Origin: Actinomycetota bacterium
GTDB taxonomy: Bacteria; Actinomycetota; Actinomycetes; S36-B12; UBA10799
Assembly: GCA_020636995.1 (NCBI GenBank)
Contig: JACJWU010000003.1
Location: forward strand, 153,108-217,107
Reading direction: 5' to 3'
Length of the DNA stretch: 64,000 nucleotides
Below, piece after piece: positions 37,547-46,233 of this stretch (the stretch's first letter is position 1; each line of letters starts with the position of its first letter). The position numbers and the translations under genes were made by a program. Below the pieces are notes generated by a model. The model saw nothing but the letters and a program-made list of their open reading frames with translations, was not told the origin of the DNA and made no database searches.

Positions 37547-40167
37547 ACCGGTCCACGTGGCACGCCCGCACCTCCACCGTCGTCCTGGCCTGGCTGGCTG
37601 CCGCCGCGCTCGTGGCGCTGGCGCATCGGCAGGTCCCCGCCTCCACCTGGCTGATGGTGCACCTGCTGATGCTGGGGGCGGTCACCAACGCCCTGGTCAT
37701 CTGGAGCTGGCACTTCACGGTCGCGGTGCTGCGGGCACCGCCAGCCAGGTCCCGCCGGGGTGAGGTGCTGCGCCTGGTTGCCGTCAACGCCGGCGCCCTC
37801 TCGGTCGTTGCGGGGGTGCTGCTCGACGTTGCGCCCGCCGTGGCTGTCGGCGCCGCGCTCCTGGCTGGCGCTGTGCTCAGCCACGTGGTGACGCTGCTCA
37901 CGATGATGCGCCGTGCCCTGCCCAGCCGGTTCGCGATCACGGTGCGGGCCTACGTGGCGGCGGGGATCCTGCTGATCCCGGGGATCGCCCTGGGAGTGGC
38001 CCTCGCAGACGGGTCGCAGGCTCCCACCGTGCACAGCCAGCTGCTGCTGGCCCATGTGTCGGTGAACCTGATGGGCTGGGTCGGGCTGCCCATCATGGGA
38101 ACGCTGGTGACCCTGTGGCCCACGATGCTGCGTACCCGGTTGGCGCCCGGAGCTGAGCGCAACGCGCGGCGGGCGCTGCCGGCGTTCGTCCTGGGCACCC
38201 TGGTCACCGCCGCAGGCGTGCTCGCCTCGGTCCATCTGCTCGCCGTCGCCGGGATCGCCGCATACCTGGTCGGGATCGCCTGGACGATCGGACCCATGGC
38301 GGTCGCGATACGCCAGCGCCCGCCGGCCTCGTTCCCCGCCTGGTCGACGCTGGCGGGGGTCGGGTGGATCGTGTCGTCGCTGGCCTCCTTCGCCCTGGTG
38401 CTCGCGCTGAACCCGGACGCGGAGACTGCGACCCAGAGCATGGGGACGTTGACAGCCGCGGTCATCGTCGGTGGTGTCCTCCAGGTGCTCCTGGGTGCCC
38501 TGAGCTACCTGTTGCCGGTGATGGCCCGTGGGGGGCCCGCCTCGATGCGCCAGCGAATCGCGCACGTCGACCGGGGACTCGGCCTTCGCCTGGTGACCGT
38601 GAACCTCGGGCTCGCCGTGTGCGTGCTGCCCAGCCCGAGTGCGGTCCGGGTGCTGGCCTCCGTGGCCGTGCTCGCAGCGCTGGTCAGCACTGGCGCCCTG
38701 CTCGTCACCGGGACCCGCACCGCCCCACCGGGGGTGGACCCGGCGACCTCGGAGGGCGCCGTGGCCCCCGCACCCGGCCTGGGCCGGCACAGCCACGGCA
38801 TCGCGCTCGGGCTCGCCGTCATCCTGCTCGCCGTGGCCGGCGGAGTGGCGCTCGACCCGGCAGCCCTGGGAGGTGCCGCAGCCACTGCTGAGCCGGCCTC
38901 CGCGGGAGTCACGGCCACCGGCGAGGTCACCCGGGTCACGGTCACCATCCAGGGGATGCGCTTCACCCCGGACACGCTCCGGGTGCCCGCCGGGAACTCG
39001 CTGCAGATCACCGTGGTCAACAGCGGCGACGACGTGCACGACCTGGTCCTGGAGACCGGTGAGCGCACGCCGCGGCTCTCCCCGGGACAGTCGGCTACGC
39101 TGGAGATCCCCGTCGTGGGCCGCGACCTGGCCGGGTGGTGCTCCATCGCCGGTCACCGGCAGATGGGCATGGTCCTGGCCATCGAGGTCGACGGGGCCGG
39201 TGCCACCACCGCCGGGCTTGGGACCTCCGGGGAGCACTCAGAGCTCACCGAACACACCGACACCGGCGGCGAGCTGGAATCGGCAGACCGCCCCAGTCCG
39301 GACCTCATGGCTGAGCCCGGTCCCGGGTTCAGCGCGTACGACGCACGCCTGGCGCCGGCACCCAAGAGCCGCACCCACCGGGTCCGCCTGGTCGTGACCG
39401 AGACGGAGGCCGAGGTGGCCCCGGGTGTCCGCCAGACCCGATGGACCTTCGGTGGCACCGCACCGGGGCCTGTCCTGCGCGGGCGGGTCGGCGACACATT
39501 CCTGGTCACCCTGGTCAACGACGGCTCCATCGGGCACTCGATCGACTTCCACGCCGGCGCCCTGGCCCCGGACCGCCCGATGCGCACCATCGCCCCCGGG
39601 GAGGAGCTGCTCTACCGGTTCACCGCCACCCGGGCGGGCATCTGGATGTACCACTGCTCGACGATGCCGAGGTCCATGCACATCGCCAACGGGATGTTCG
39701 GGGCGGTAATCATCGACCCACCCGACCTCGCCCCGGTCGACGAGGAGTTCGTCCTCGTGCAGTCCGAGTCCTACCTCGGACCCCAGGGCGCCACCGCCGA
39801 TGCCGACGCGATCGCCGCCGGTGAGCACGACCTGGTCAGCTTCAACGGCTACCCCATGCAGTACCGCCACCAGCCCCTGACCGTCGGCGTGGGCGACCGG
39901 GTGCGGATCTGGGTCCTGGCCGCCGGACCCAACATCGGCTCGGCGTTCCACGTCGTCGGCGGCCAGTTCGACACCGTCTACCGGGAGGGCACCTACGACC
40001 TGACCCCCGGAACCGGTGGCTCCCAGGTCCTCGGCCTGTTCCCGGCACAGGGCGGCTTCGTCGAGCTCCCCCTCCCCGAAGCCGGCAACTACCCCTTCGT
40101 CTCCCACATCATGTCCGACGCCGAACGCGGCGCCACCGGGATCCTGCAGGCCGTGGTCGCTCCCTGA
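37543..40167 (+). CDS. nirK: Copper-containing nitrite reductase fused to an N-terminal ~13-TM domain and an extra cupredoxin domain
   Basis: The C-terminal part has GHSIDFH, YHCSTMPRSMHIANGMFG, AFHVVGG and FVSHIM, which supply the T1 and T2 Cu ligands plus the catalytic Asp and His. The middle domain has DVHDL and WCSIAGHRQMGM. The first ~445 aa are hydrophobic helices. Confidence 0.88.
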   Translation: MNRSTWHARTSTVVLAWLAAAALVALAHRQVPASTWLMVHLLMLGAVTNALVIWSWHFTVAVLRAPPARSRRGEVLRLVAVNAGALSVVAGVLLDVAPAVAVGAALLAGAVLSHVVTLLTMMRRALPSRFAITVRAYVAAGILLIPGIALGVALADGSQAPTVHSQLLLAHVSVNLMGWVGLPIMGTLVTLWPTMLRTRLAPGAERNARRALPAFVLGTLVTAAGVLASVHLLAVAGIAAYLVGIAWTIGPMAVAIRQRPPASFPAWSTLAGVGWIVSSLASFALVLALNPDAETATQSMGTLTAAVIVGGVLQVLLGALSYLLPVMARGGPASMRQRIAHVDRGLGLRLVTVNLGLAVCVLPSPSAVRVLASVAVLAALVSTGALLVTGTRTAPPGVDPATSEGAVAPAPGLGRHSHGIALGLAVILLAVAGGVALDPAALGGAAATAEPASAGVTATGEVTRVTVTIQGMRFTPDTLRVPAGNSLQITVVNSGDDVHDLVLETGERTPRLSPGQSATLEIPVVGRDLAGWCSIAGHRQMGMVLAIEVDGAGATTAGLGTSGEHSELTEHTDTGGELESADRPSPDLMAEPGPGFSAYDARLAPAPKSRTHRVRLVVTETEAEVAPGVRQTRWTFGGTAPGPVLRGRVGDTFLVTLVNDGSIGHSIDFHAGALAPDRPMRTIAPGEELLYRFTATRAGIWMYHCSTMPRSMHIANGMFGAVIIDPPDLAPVDEEFVLVQSESYLGPQGATADADAIAAGEHDLVSFNGYPMQYRHQPLTVGVGDRVRIWVLAAGPNIGSAFHVVGGQFDTVYREGTYDLTPGTGGSQVLGLFPAQGGFVELPLPEAGNYPFVSHIMSDAERGATGILQAVVAP

Positions 40168-40168
40168 T

Positions 40169-41389
40169 TCAGGCGCCGTCCTCAGGCTGGGACCACGTGA
40201 TCTGGACCTCGGCGAACCCGCCTGCGGGAGCGCTGGCCCGCACCGGCTCGCCAGCCAACCGGAACGCGGGCTTCGCCGCCAGAAGCGTGTCCAGCACGAT
40301 CCCGAGTTCCAGGCGCGACAGCCCCTCGCCGGGGCAGTAGTGCGGACCACGCCCGTAGAGCAGGTTACCGGCCGCATCCCTGTCCAGCCGGAACTCAGTC
40401 GGCTCGGCGAACACGGCCGGGTCGCGCTGCACAGCCGGCCACAGGATCGTCACTGGAGCATCACTCGGGATCACCCGGTCAGCGACGTGCACCGGTCGGG
40501 TCGCGCGCCGGCGGTTGGTCACCAGAGGCGCCTCCAGGCGCAGCATCTCGTCTATGGCCGCCTGGCGCAGGCCGTCAGGCCCTGCGCGCAGCCGGGCCCG
40601 CACGTCGGGGTTACGGGCCAGGAACTCCACGATGATGCCCACCGCGGCCGAGATCGTGCCCAACTCACCAGCGGTCCAGTTGCGCACGATGCTGACCAGC
40701 TCTTCGTCGGTCAGCGGCCTGCCGTCCACGCGCTCGTCGAGCAGCTGGTGCGTGAGGGTCCGGGGGGCGCTCGGTGCTTGCGCCCGGGCGCGGTCTAGTT
40801 CGGCGACGATGATGCGATCAAAGTGAGCGGCCACCCGGTCGAGCCCGGCGCGGTCCCGTTCCCGGGTCGCCCGCTGCGAATCCACCGCCCACGCCCGCAG
40901 CGCCTCGGCCACGGCTGGCGGCCAGCCCAAGTAGGCGCACTGCGCCTGGGCGGCGTACGGCTCGCCGAGCGCGGTCATCACCTCGACTGGCTGGCCGGCC
41001 GCGGACAGGTCCACCACCAGCGACTCGGCGATCCGGCGCAGGTCCGGAGCGAATTCCGCGACGCGTTGCGGTGTGAAGCATCGGTCGACCACCGCCCGGA
41101 ACGCCGCGTGCTCGGCACCGTCCATCCCGTTGGGCACCGCCACATGGGTCGATACCCGCGAGCTGAATGTGACCGGATCGTGCAGGGCCGCCAGCACGTC
41201 GGCGTGGCGCAACAGCGACCAGCCTTGAGTCTCGCTGTACGCGACCGGGCACCGCTCACGGAGCGCGTCATAGGTCCGGGTCTGGTCGTCGCCCACCTCG
41301 CGCGGGTCCCACTCCGACACCTGATCCGAACCTCCAGTGATATCCACGGCGCGCAGTGTAGTGAGATGATCCAGTCTTCCCTGGCCCAC
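40169..41389 (-). CDS. Cytochrome P450
   Basis: EMLRLE (ExxR) and YGRGPHYCPGEGL (Cys-ligand loop). Convergent with nirK, with 1 nt between the two stops. Confidence 0.88.
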   Translation of the reverse strand: MGQGRLDHLTTLRAVDITGGSDQVSEWDPREVGDDQTRTYDALRERCPVAYSETQGWSLLRHADVLAALHDPVTFSSRVSTHVAVPNGMDGAEHAAFRAVVDRCFTPQRVAEFAPDLRRIAESLVVDLSAAGQPVEVMTALGEPYAAQAQCAYLGWPPAVAEALRAWAVDSQRATRERDRAGLDRVAAHFDRIIVAELDRARAQAPSAPRTLTHQLLDERVDGRPLTDEELVSIVRNWTAGELGTISAAVGIIVEFLARNPDVRARLRAGPDGLRQAAIDEMLRLEAPLVTNRRRATRPVHVADRVIPSDAPVTILWPAVQRDPAVFAEPTEFRLDRDAAGNLLYGRGPHYCPGEGLSRLELGIVLDTLLAAKPAFRLAGEPVRASAPAGGFAEVQITWSQPEDGA

Positions 41390-41452
41390 GCCGGTGCCGA
41401 GCTCGCTGGCCGAGCGAAGGGTCGCGACAAGCCGGATCTGTGGATCGGCGCG

Positions 41453-42067
41453 TCAGCTGCTGGCACTCCGCGGGTCGAGCATGGTCAGTGCCATCCGGGA
41501 GGGCTCGAGGGCCAGGATTTCGTGGGGCACGCGGGATCCGATGTGGACCAGCCCGCCTGGGCTGAGTTCGACGTGCTCCCCATCCGCACCGACGCGCAGC
41601 CGCCCGTCGAGGACCTGCAGCAGGATCGGGACACCAGCCCGGGTTGTTCGGCCTGCCCGCGCGGGCAACCCGGACCGGAGCGCGGCGTCTATGTCGGCGG
41701 CGATCGTCTGCAGGGTGACCAGGCCGGCCACGGTCAGCGGGCCGCCGGTGGCGTTGAGGTGGCGGGCGATCTGGTTGAGGTTGTTTCCGATCCGGGCCAG
41801 CTGGACCACCACCGCCGGATCCACTGGCGGGGCCACCGCTCGGCCCAACCCGGTCCGGCGTCGCGGCGGGCGGCGGCCCACCCACCCTGCAGGCTCACCG
41901 GGTCGCGCCGCGGCGACCTGCCCGCGGACCCAATCGGAGACCGTCAGCTCGGCGGCAGCAGCCGCAGCTCGCCAGCCCGCGGCGACCTGCTCGGGCAGGC
42001 GCACCGTCACCTTCGCGGTGGACGCGCCCTGCGGGGCGCGTGGTGGGCGACCCATCAGGGCGCCCAC
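41453..42067 (-). CDS. Chimeric ORF: MobC-like mobilisation protein fused to the C-terminal half of a cupin
   Basis: The N-terminal ~145 aa contain LARIGNNLNQIARHLN (the MobC signature). The C-terminal ~60 aa (ILLQVLDGRLRV and later GGLVHIGSRVPHEILALE) parallel the second half of the cupin at 33993-34325. Confidence 0.6.
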   Translation of the reverse strand: MGALMGRPPRAPQGASTAKVTVRLPEQVAAGWRAAAAAAELTVSDWVRGQVAAARPGEPAGWVGRRPPRRRTGLGRAVAPPVDPAVVVQLARIGNNLNQIARHLNATGGPLTVAGLVTLQTIAADIDAALRSGLPARAGRTTRAGVPILLQVLDGRLRVGADGEHVELSPGGLVHIGSRVPHEILALEPSRMALTMLDPRSASS

Positions 42068-42352
42068 TCGGGGGATCGAAGGGGGCCGCAGGCCCCCTCG
42101 CCGGCCTCGGCCGGACGGAGGCCGCGACAGCGGATTCCGTCCGACGAGTAGGCTGGCTTGCTCTCATCGGGCATGGCCCTGACGGGTGAGGTGGAAGCGG
42201 GCTGGCTTCCGGACGCTGGCAACGACGGGGGGGTCGGAACACGCCAGATCCGTTTGCGGCTTGCCCTCGGATGCCAGCCCTTGCGAAGGGTCCCGCGCCA
42301 TTGGGCGCAGGCCCGGCACACCCGCGCCTCGCCGACAGCATTGGTCGGATGT

Positions 42353-43711
42353 TCACGCCCCGACACTGTGGCCTCCAGCGGTGGTGCGTCCAGATGTAGC
42401 GGCCAGGGCCTCACGCGTAGCGCCGTCGTCGGTGAGCGCCGCTACAGCTGTTGGCAGCCGTTCTTCACGGAATTGAGCACGATTCGTTCCCGATTCCTCT
42501 TGATGATGAGTGTGTGTAGCGGGTGTAGCGCCTGTAGCGGGCTTCTGGGGGACGCCCCCGAACGGGTTCCCAACTGGCTCCCCATGAATGGGCGGTAGGT
42601 AGCGCATCCACGCATCGGAGAGGTCGACCTGGCGATAGCCCTTGGCGACCGTGGCTCCGACGCGGAGGTTGGTCGACCGGATCTCATAGCCGCGCAGGCG
42701 TCGAGCCAGGCCAGACGGGTCCAGCGGCTTGCCGCGCAGATCCCTCCACGGGGATTCCTCCAGACCCAACAGGCCCGCCAGGAGGGGGGCCGTCGCCAGG
42801 GCATCCGGGTTGCCAGCCTCGAGGAAGACCCGACGCAGGTCCGCCAGCAACAGCAGGCTGAGCGAAGGCTCGGCTGCGCCGGCGCGGCCTGCGACGAAGT
42901 GCAGGCACGCCTCGGCCGCACGACCCGGCCAGGCTCCGCCGACTCCTTCGGCGACCGCCAACAGCGGCTCCCAAACATCGGCTGGCCGATCCGTCACACC
43001 AGCGGGCAGCACGGGGTCCTCGGGTATGACCAGAGAGTCGAGGGCGGCAGCCAACTGCTCGCCGATCGCCAGACCCTCGGGCTCGTGGACCCGCAACCGG
43101 TAGGGCTCGACGGCCTCGCCCGGACCCCGCCGGCGCATCTTGACGATGACGGATCGTGTGGCGATCGTGTCTGGCACGTCGTGCAAGCCGGCAAGGGCAA
43201 CGGCCGCGAAGGAAGCGAAGCTGACCACCGTGTGGGTGTTGCCGACTGACTCGCACCGGAAGGTGAGGCCCGACCGGCGGTGACCGGCGTTGAGGAACGC
43301 CCGCAGTTCCTCGTTCTCCCTGGCCTTCGGTCCGAACACCGAGTCGATCTCGTCGAAGAGGATCGTCGGCCGGTTGTCGAGGTCGCCCACGGCCCGGAAC
43401 AGGGCCGCCGGAGTGCAGTGAACGGCGTGCATCGGCCTGCGGACGAGCGAGCCGATCACCTCCAGCGCCCGGGTCTTGCCGCTACCAGGCTCTGGGGACA
43501 GGAAGGCCAGCCTGGGCGTTGAGTCGAAGTGCTCGAGCAGGTAGCTGTGCGCCACCCAGAGGGACGTGGCCACGCGGGCGTACTCGCTGGGGAAGCAGAC
43601 GAACCTGCCGAGGAATGCTTCCGTGGCGTCCAGGGCTTCGGACGGAGGCATGGGGCGCGAGTTGCCCCCGCCGACCTGGTTCGGGGACCGCGCCTCGGGC
43701 CGCGCAGTCAT
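42353..43711 (-). CDS. DUF3631-like P-loop protein of integrative elements
   Basis: SPEPGSGKTRALEV (Walker A) and TILFDEID (Walker B-like). The ATG at 43711 overlaps the stop of the Xis-like gene as ATGA. Confidence 0.75.
   Translation of the reverse strand: MTARPEARSPNQVGGGNSRPMPPSEALDATEAFLGRFVCFPSEYARVATSLWVAHSYLLEHFDSTPRLAFLSPEPGSGKTRALEVIGSLVRRPMHAVHCTPAALFRAVGDLDNRPTILFDEIDSVFGPKARENEELRAFLNAGHRRSGLTFRCESVGNTHTVVSFASFAAVALAGLHDVPDTIATRSVIVKMRRRGPGEAVEPYRLRVHEPEGLAIGEQLAAALDSLVIPEDPVLPAGVTDRPADVWEPLLAVAEGVGGAWPGRAAEACLHFVAGRAGAAEPSLSLLLLADLRRVFLEAGNPDALATAPLLAGLLGLEESPWRDLRGKPLDPSGLARRLRGYEIRSTNLRVGATVAKGYRQVDLSDAWMRYLPPIHGEPVGNPFGGVPQKPATGATPATHTHHQEESGTNRAQFREERLPTAVAALTDDGATREALAATSGRTTAGGHSVGA
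42513..42551 (-). repeat. C-run-GAA-(CGCTACA x3) module, copy A (inside the DUF3631 3' coding region)
   Basis: The minus strand reads CCCCCAGAAGCCCGCTACAGGCGCTACACCCGCTACAC. Confidence 0.55.
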
Positions 43712-44100
43712 GACCGACCCCACTCCGCGACCGAACCCGCGGCCAGGGCCTTGTCGAGCATCCGCGACGCGGCAGCACGGGCGTCCGGATCCGCACGAGT
43801 TGCTCGGCGCTTGGCCGTCTTCACTGGAACGGCAGGCGCCGGGGTTGGGGCCACCTCCACAGCGGGAACGGTCCTGGCTGCGATGAAGTCGACGATCTGC
43901 GCCTCGGTGTAGCCGATCCGGTGACGCTGGTCCCCAACGCCAAGACGGACGTGACCTATCGCGCCGCAGAGGGTGAGCTTGCGCAGCATCGACGTGGAGA
44001 TGTTGAGCCTCTGGGCTGCCTCGCTCGGGAGGTGGACGCGCGGGGTACCAATTGGATCCCGGGCGGTGGTGGATGGATGAGCGTTCGTGCTTCGTAACAT
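43708..44100 (-). CDS. Excisionase/MerR-type helix-turn-helix DNA-binding protein
   Basis: HLPSEAAQRLNISTSMLRKLTLCGAIGHVRLG, then YTEAQIVDFI. Located upstream of the DUF3631 gene. Confidence 0.65.
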   Translation of the reverse strand: MLRSTNAHPSTTARDPIGTPRVHLPSEAAQRLNISTSMLRKLTLCGAIGHVRLGVGDQRHRIGYTEAQIVDFIAARTVPAVEVAPTPAPAVPVKTAKRRATRADPDARAAASRMLDKALAAGSVAEWGRS

Positions 44101-44202
44101 GAGGGGGCGAGGGCACGCCGCGGAGTCAAGGGCAGGACGTGGGAGGTCGGCACACAGGCGCTCCGGGGCGTGCCCGACTCCTCACGATCGATGGGGTCGC
44201 AA

Positions 44203-44766
44203 CTACGCGGCGCCGGCCTCCGCGCATCGCTGCGGCGAACCGGGCGCTCGCAGTTCGGCCACGAAACGTGCCAACTGGAGGGGCGAGGGCACGGGCCAGG
44301 AGTTGGTGAGCGCACGCATCCTGATGGAGGCGACGCAGGTCCGCCAAGGCCTTCCCACCAAGTGGGTGACCAGGCCGGCGAAGGCAAGCCGGATGGCAAG
44401 CCGCACACGAGCAAGGGTGGTCACAGCCCGAGAGGCCCTCCGATGAAGGCGGTCCGCAGGAAGGATCTGGAGGCCCAGCAACACCGACGTGAGGATCACC
44501 GCCCACGACGTGGCAACCCCCAGGACTGTCGGCACCTCCTGGCTCTGCGTCAACCACCGCAGCTGTACGAGAGCAAGGACCAGACTCGCCGCCAGGGTGA
44601 CGATCTCGGGCAAGAAGTACGCGAACACCTCGGGCCAGGTTGCGGCCGGCGGTCGCGATCTGTCGCCTTCCCTGGCGTTGGACCACGGGTGATGCGGTAC
44701 GGACTGCGGCACACGAAGCCCTGATAAGGCTCGGGTTGCGGCCGTTCCACGCATGGAATGCACCAT
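44203..44766 (-). CDS. Hypothetical small membrane protein
   Basis: Two or three hydrophobic helices. Same orientation as the Xis-like gene. No recognisable family. Confidence 0.3.
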   Translation of the reverse strand: MVHSMRGTAATRALSGLRVPQSVPHHPWSNAREGDRSRPPAATWPEVFAYFLPEIVTLAASLVLALVQLRWLTQSQEVPTVLGVATSWAVILTSVLLGLQILPADRLHRRASRAVTTLARVRLAIRLAFAGLVTHLVGRPWRTCVASIRMRALTNSWPVPSPLQLARFVAELRAPGSPQRCAEAGAA

Positions 44767-44901
44767 AGCGTCCGATTCGTCCGGCTGACTACGGGGGGCA
44801 AAGCTAAGGTGAGAGTTTGCGTAGTTTAGTCTCCACGTCCAGATGTGCGCTCGGAACGATTGGGATGACCACACCCTGGCGCGCCAGCACTGCCATCTCG
44901 C

Positions 44902-44932
44902 GAGTGATACTCTAAAGCTCTGAAAGTATCAC
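44902..44932. promoter_or_regulatory. Inverted repeat upstream of the fic gene
   Basis: AGTGATACT-N13-AGTATCACT has 9-bp perfect arms. It lies 30 nt upstream of the GTG at 44962, in a locally lower-GC stretch. Confidence 0.45.
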
Positions 44933-44961
44933 TTCGACCGCAGATCGGTAGACAAGTAGCA

Positions 44962-46122
44962 GTGGATCCCAGCCAGTTCAGTCCGAAGAGCAGGGCCAAC
45001 GTTCGCCGTGCTGAGGGCGGATACTGGGCGTTCCTCCCGCCGCCGCTTCCGCCCGACGTCGCCCTCTCGCCGAAGCTGATCGGCGCACTCTCGGAGGCCG
45101 ACCGAGCGGTCGGCGAGGTATCCGGCTTGGGCCGCACGCTGCCGAATCCCCACCTGCTCGCTATGTCGCTGTTGCGACGTGAGGCGGTACTGTCCAGCCG
45201 CATCGAAGGCACTCAGGCATCAATGTCGGACTTAGTGCTCTTCGAGGTCGATCCCGCGACAGCTGATCGCTCGGGCGACGTGCAGGAAGTGGCCAACTAC
45301 GTCAGAGCGGCCAACCATGTGCTGGACCCCGGGCGGCGGCTTCCGATGAGCCTGCCGCTGTTGCTTGAGGCCCACGCAATGCTGCTGGAGGGTGCTCGTG
45401 GCGCTTCCGCCTCGCCTGGGGAGTTCCGTCGCAGCCAGAACTGGATCGGAGCCCCGGGTAGCTCGCTGCAGGACGCCACGTACGTGCCGCCCGCACCAGA
45501 GGAGTTGTGGGGCTGCCTGGATGCGTTCGAGAAGTACCTGCACGCCAATGACGAACTACCTCCGCTGCTTCGGATCGCCGCGATCCACTACCAGTTCGAG
45601 GCCATCCACCCCTTCCTCGACGGCAACGGTCGGATCGGCCGTCTTCTCGTGGTGGCCCTCATGGTCGAGTGGGGCCTGTTACCCAGCCCATTGCTGGAAA
45701 TCTCCGCCTACATCGAGCCCCGGCGGGACGCCTACTACGACGCCCTCTCGGCCGTCAGTGTCGATGGGGACTGGCAAGGATGGTTCCACTACTTCCTGGA
45801 GGCCGTAACCGTGCAGTGCCACTCAACCGTCGAGCGTGCGACCAAGCTTCGAGCGCTGCGCGACGACTACCGCGCAAGGATGGCCACACCTCGGGCGTCC
45901 GCCCTGCTACCGACGTTGGTGGACTCGCTGTTCGCGTCACCAGCCACAACAATCGCCCAAGCCCGGTCACTGCTCGGCGTCACCCATCGAGCGGCCACGA
46001 TGAATGTGGAGAAGCTCGTCTCTTCGGGGATCCTTACCGAGGTAGCTGGCCGGGGGCGGTCTCGGCTCTTCCTCGCCACCGAGATCCTGGACACCCTAGC
46101 CACTGTGCCGACGCCCCGGTGA
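44962..46122 (+). CDS. Fic-family protein (class II, N-terminal inhibitory helix)
   Basis: HPFLDGNGRIGR active-site motif. N-terminal SSRIEG matches the (S/T)xxxE(G/N) inhibitory motif. Confidence 0.9.
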   Translation: MDPSQFSPKSRANVRRAEGGYWAFLPPPLPPDVALSPKLIGALSEADRAVGEVSGLGRTLPNPHLLAMSLLRREAVLSSRIEGTQASMSDLVLFEVDPATADRSGDVQEVANYVRAANHVLDPGRRLPMSLPLLLEAHAMLLEGARGASASPGEFRRSQNWIGAPGSSLQDATYVPPAPEELWGCLDAFEKYLHANDELPPLLRIAAIHYQFEAIHPFLDGNGRIGRLLVVALMVEWGLLPSPLLEISAYIEPRRDAYYDALSAVSVDGDWQGWFHYFLEAVTVQCHSTVERATKLRALRDDYRARMATPRASALLPTLVDSLFASPATTIAQARSLLGVTHRAATMNVEKLVSSGILTEVAGRGRSRLFLATEILDTLATVPTPR

Positions 46123-46233
46123 GACATTCTTGACTGGCCGCACGCGGAGCCGCCTGCACCAGACTGCTTCGTCGGCGGCCAGTTCGCCGCTACCTTGGGC
46201 AGCATCGCCAGCACTCGGAGAGGGGTGAGCGCC

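Noticed and set aside
42068-42352. oriT upstream of mobC, with a GGGGGCC-GCA-GGCCCCC hairpin at 42081-42097 and other short GC palindromes.
   Set aside because: GC-rich hairpins of this type are frequent in this DNA, and a near-identical one follows the IS110 gene at 30901-30917. There is no relaxase and no recognisable nic consensus, so I cannot support an oriT call.
42353-44116. A 587-aa ORF merging the DUF3631 protein with upstream sequence.
   Set aside because: The upstream 135 codons overlap the Xis-like HTH gene in another frame. The ATG at 43711 makes an ATGA junction with that gene's stop.
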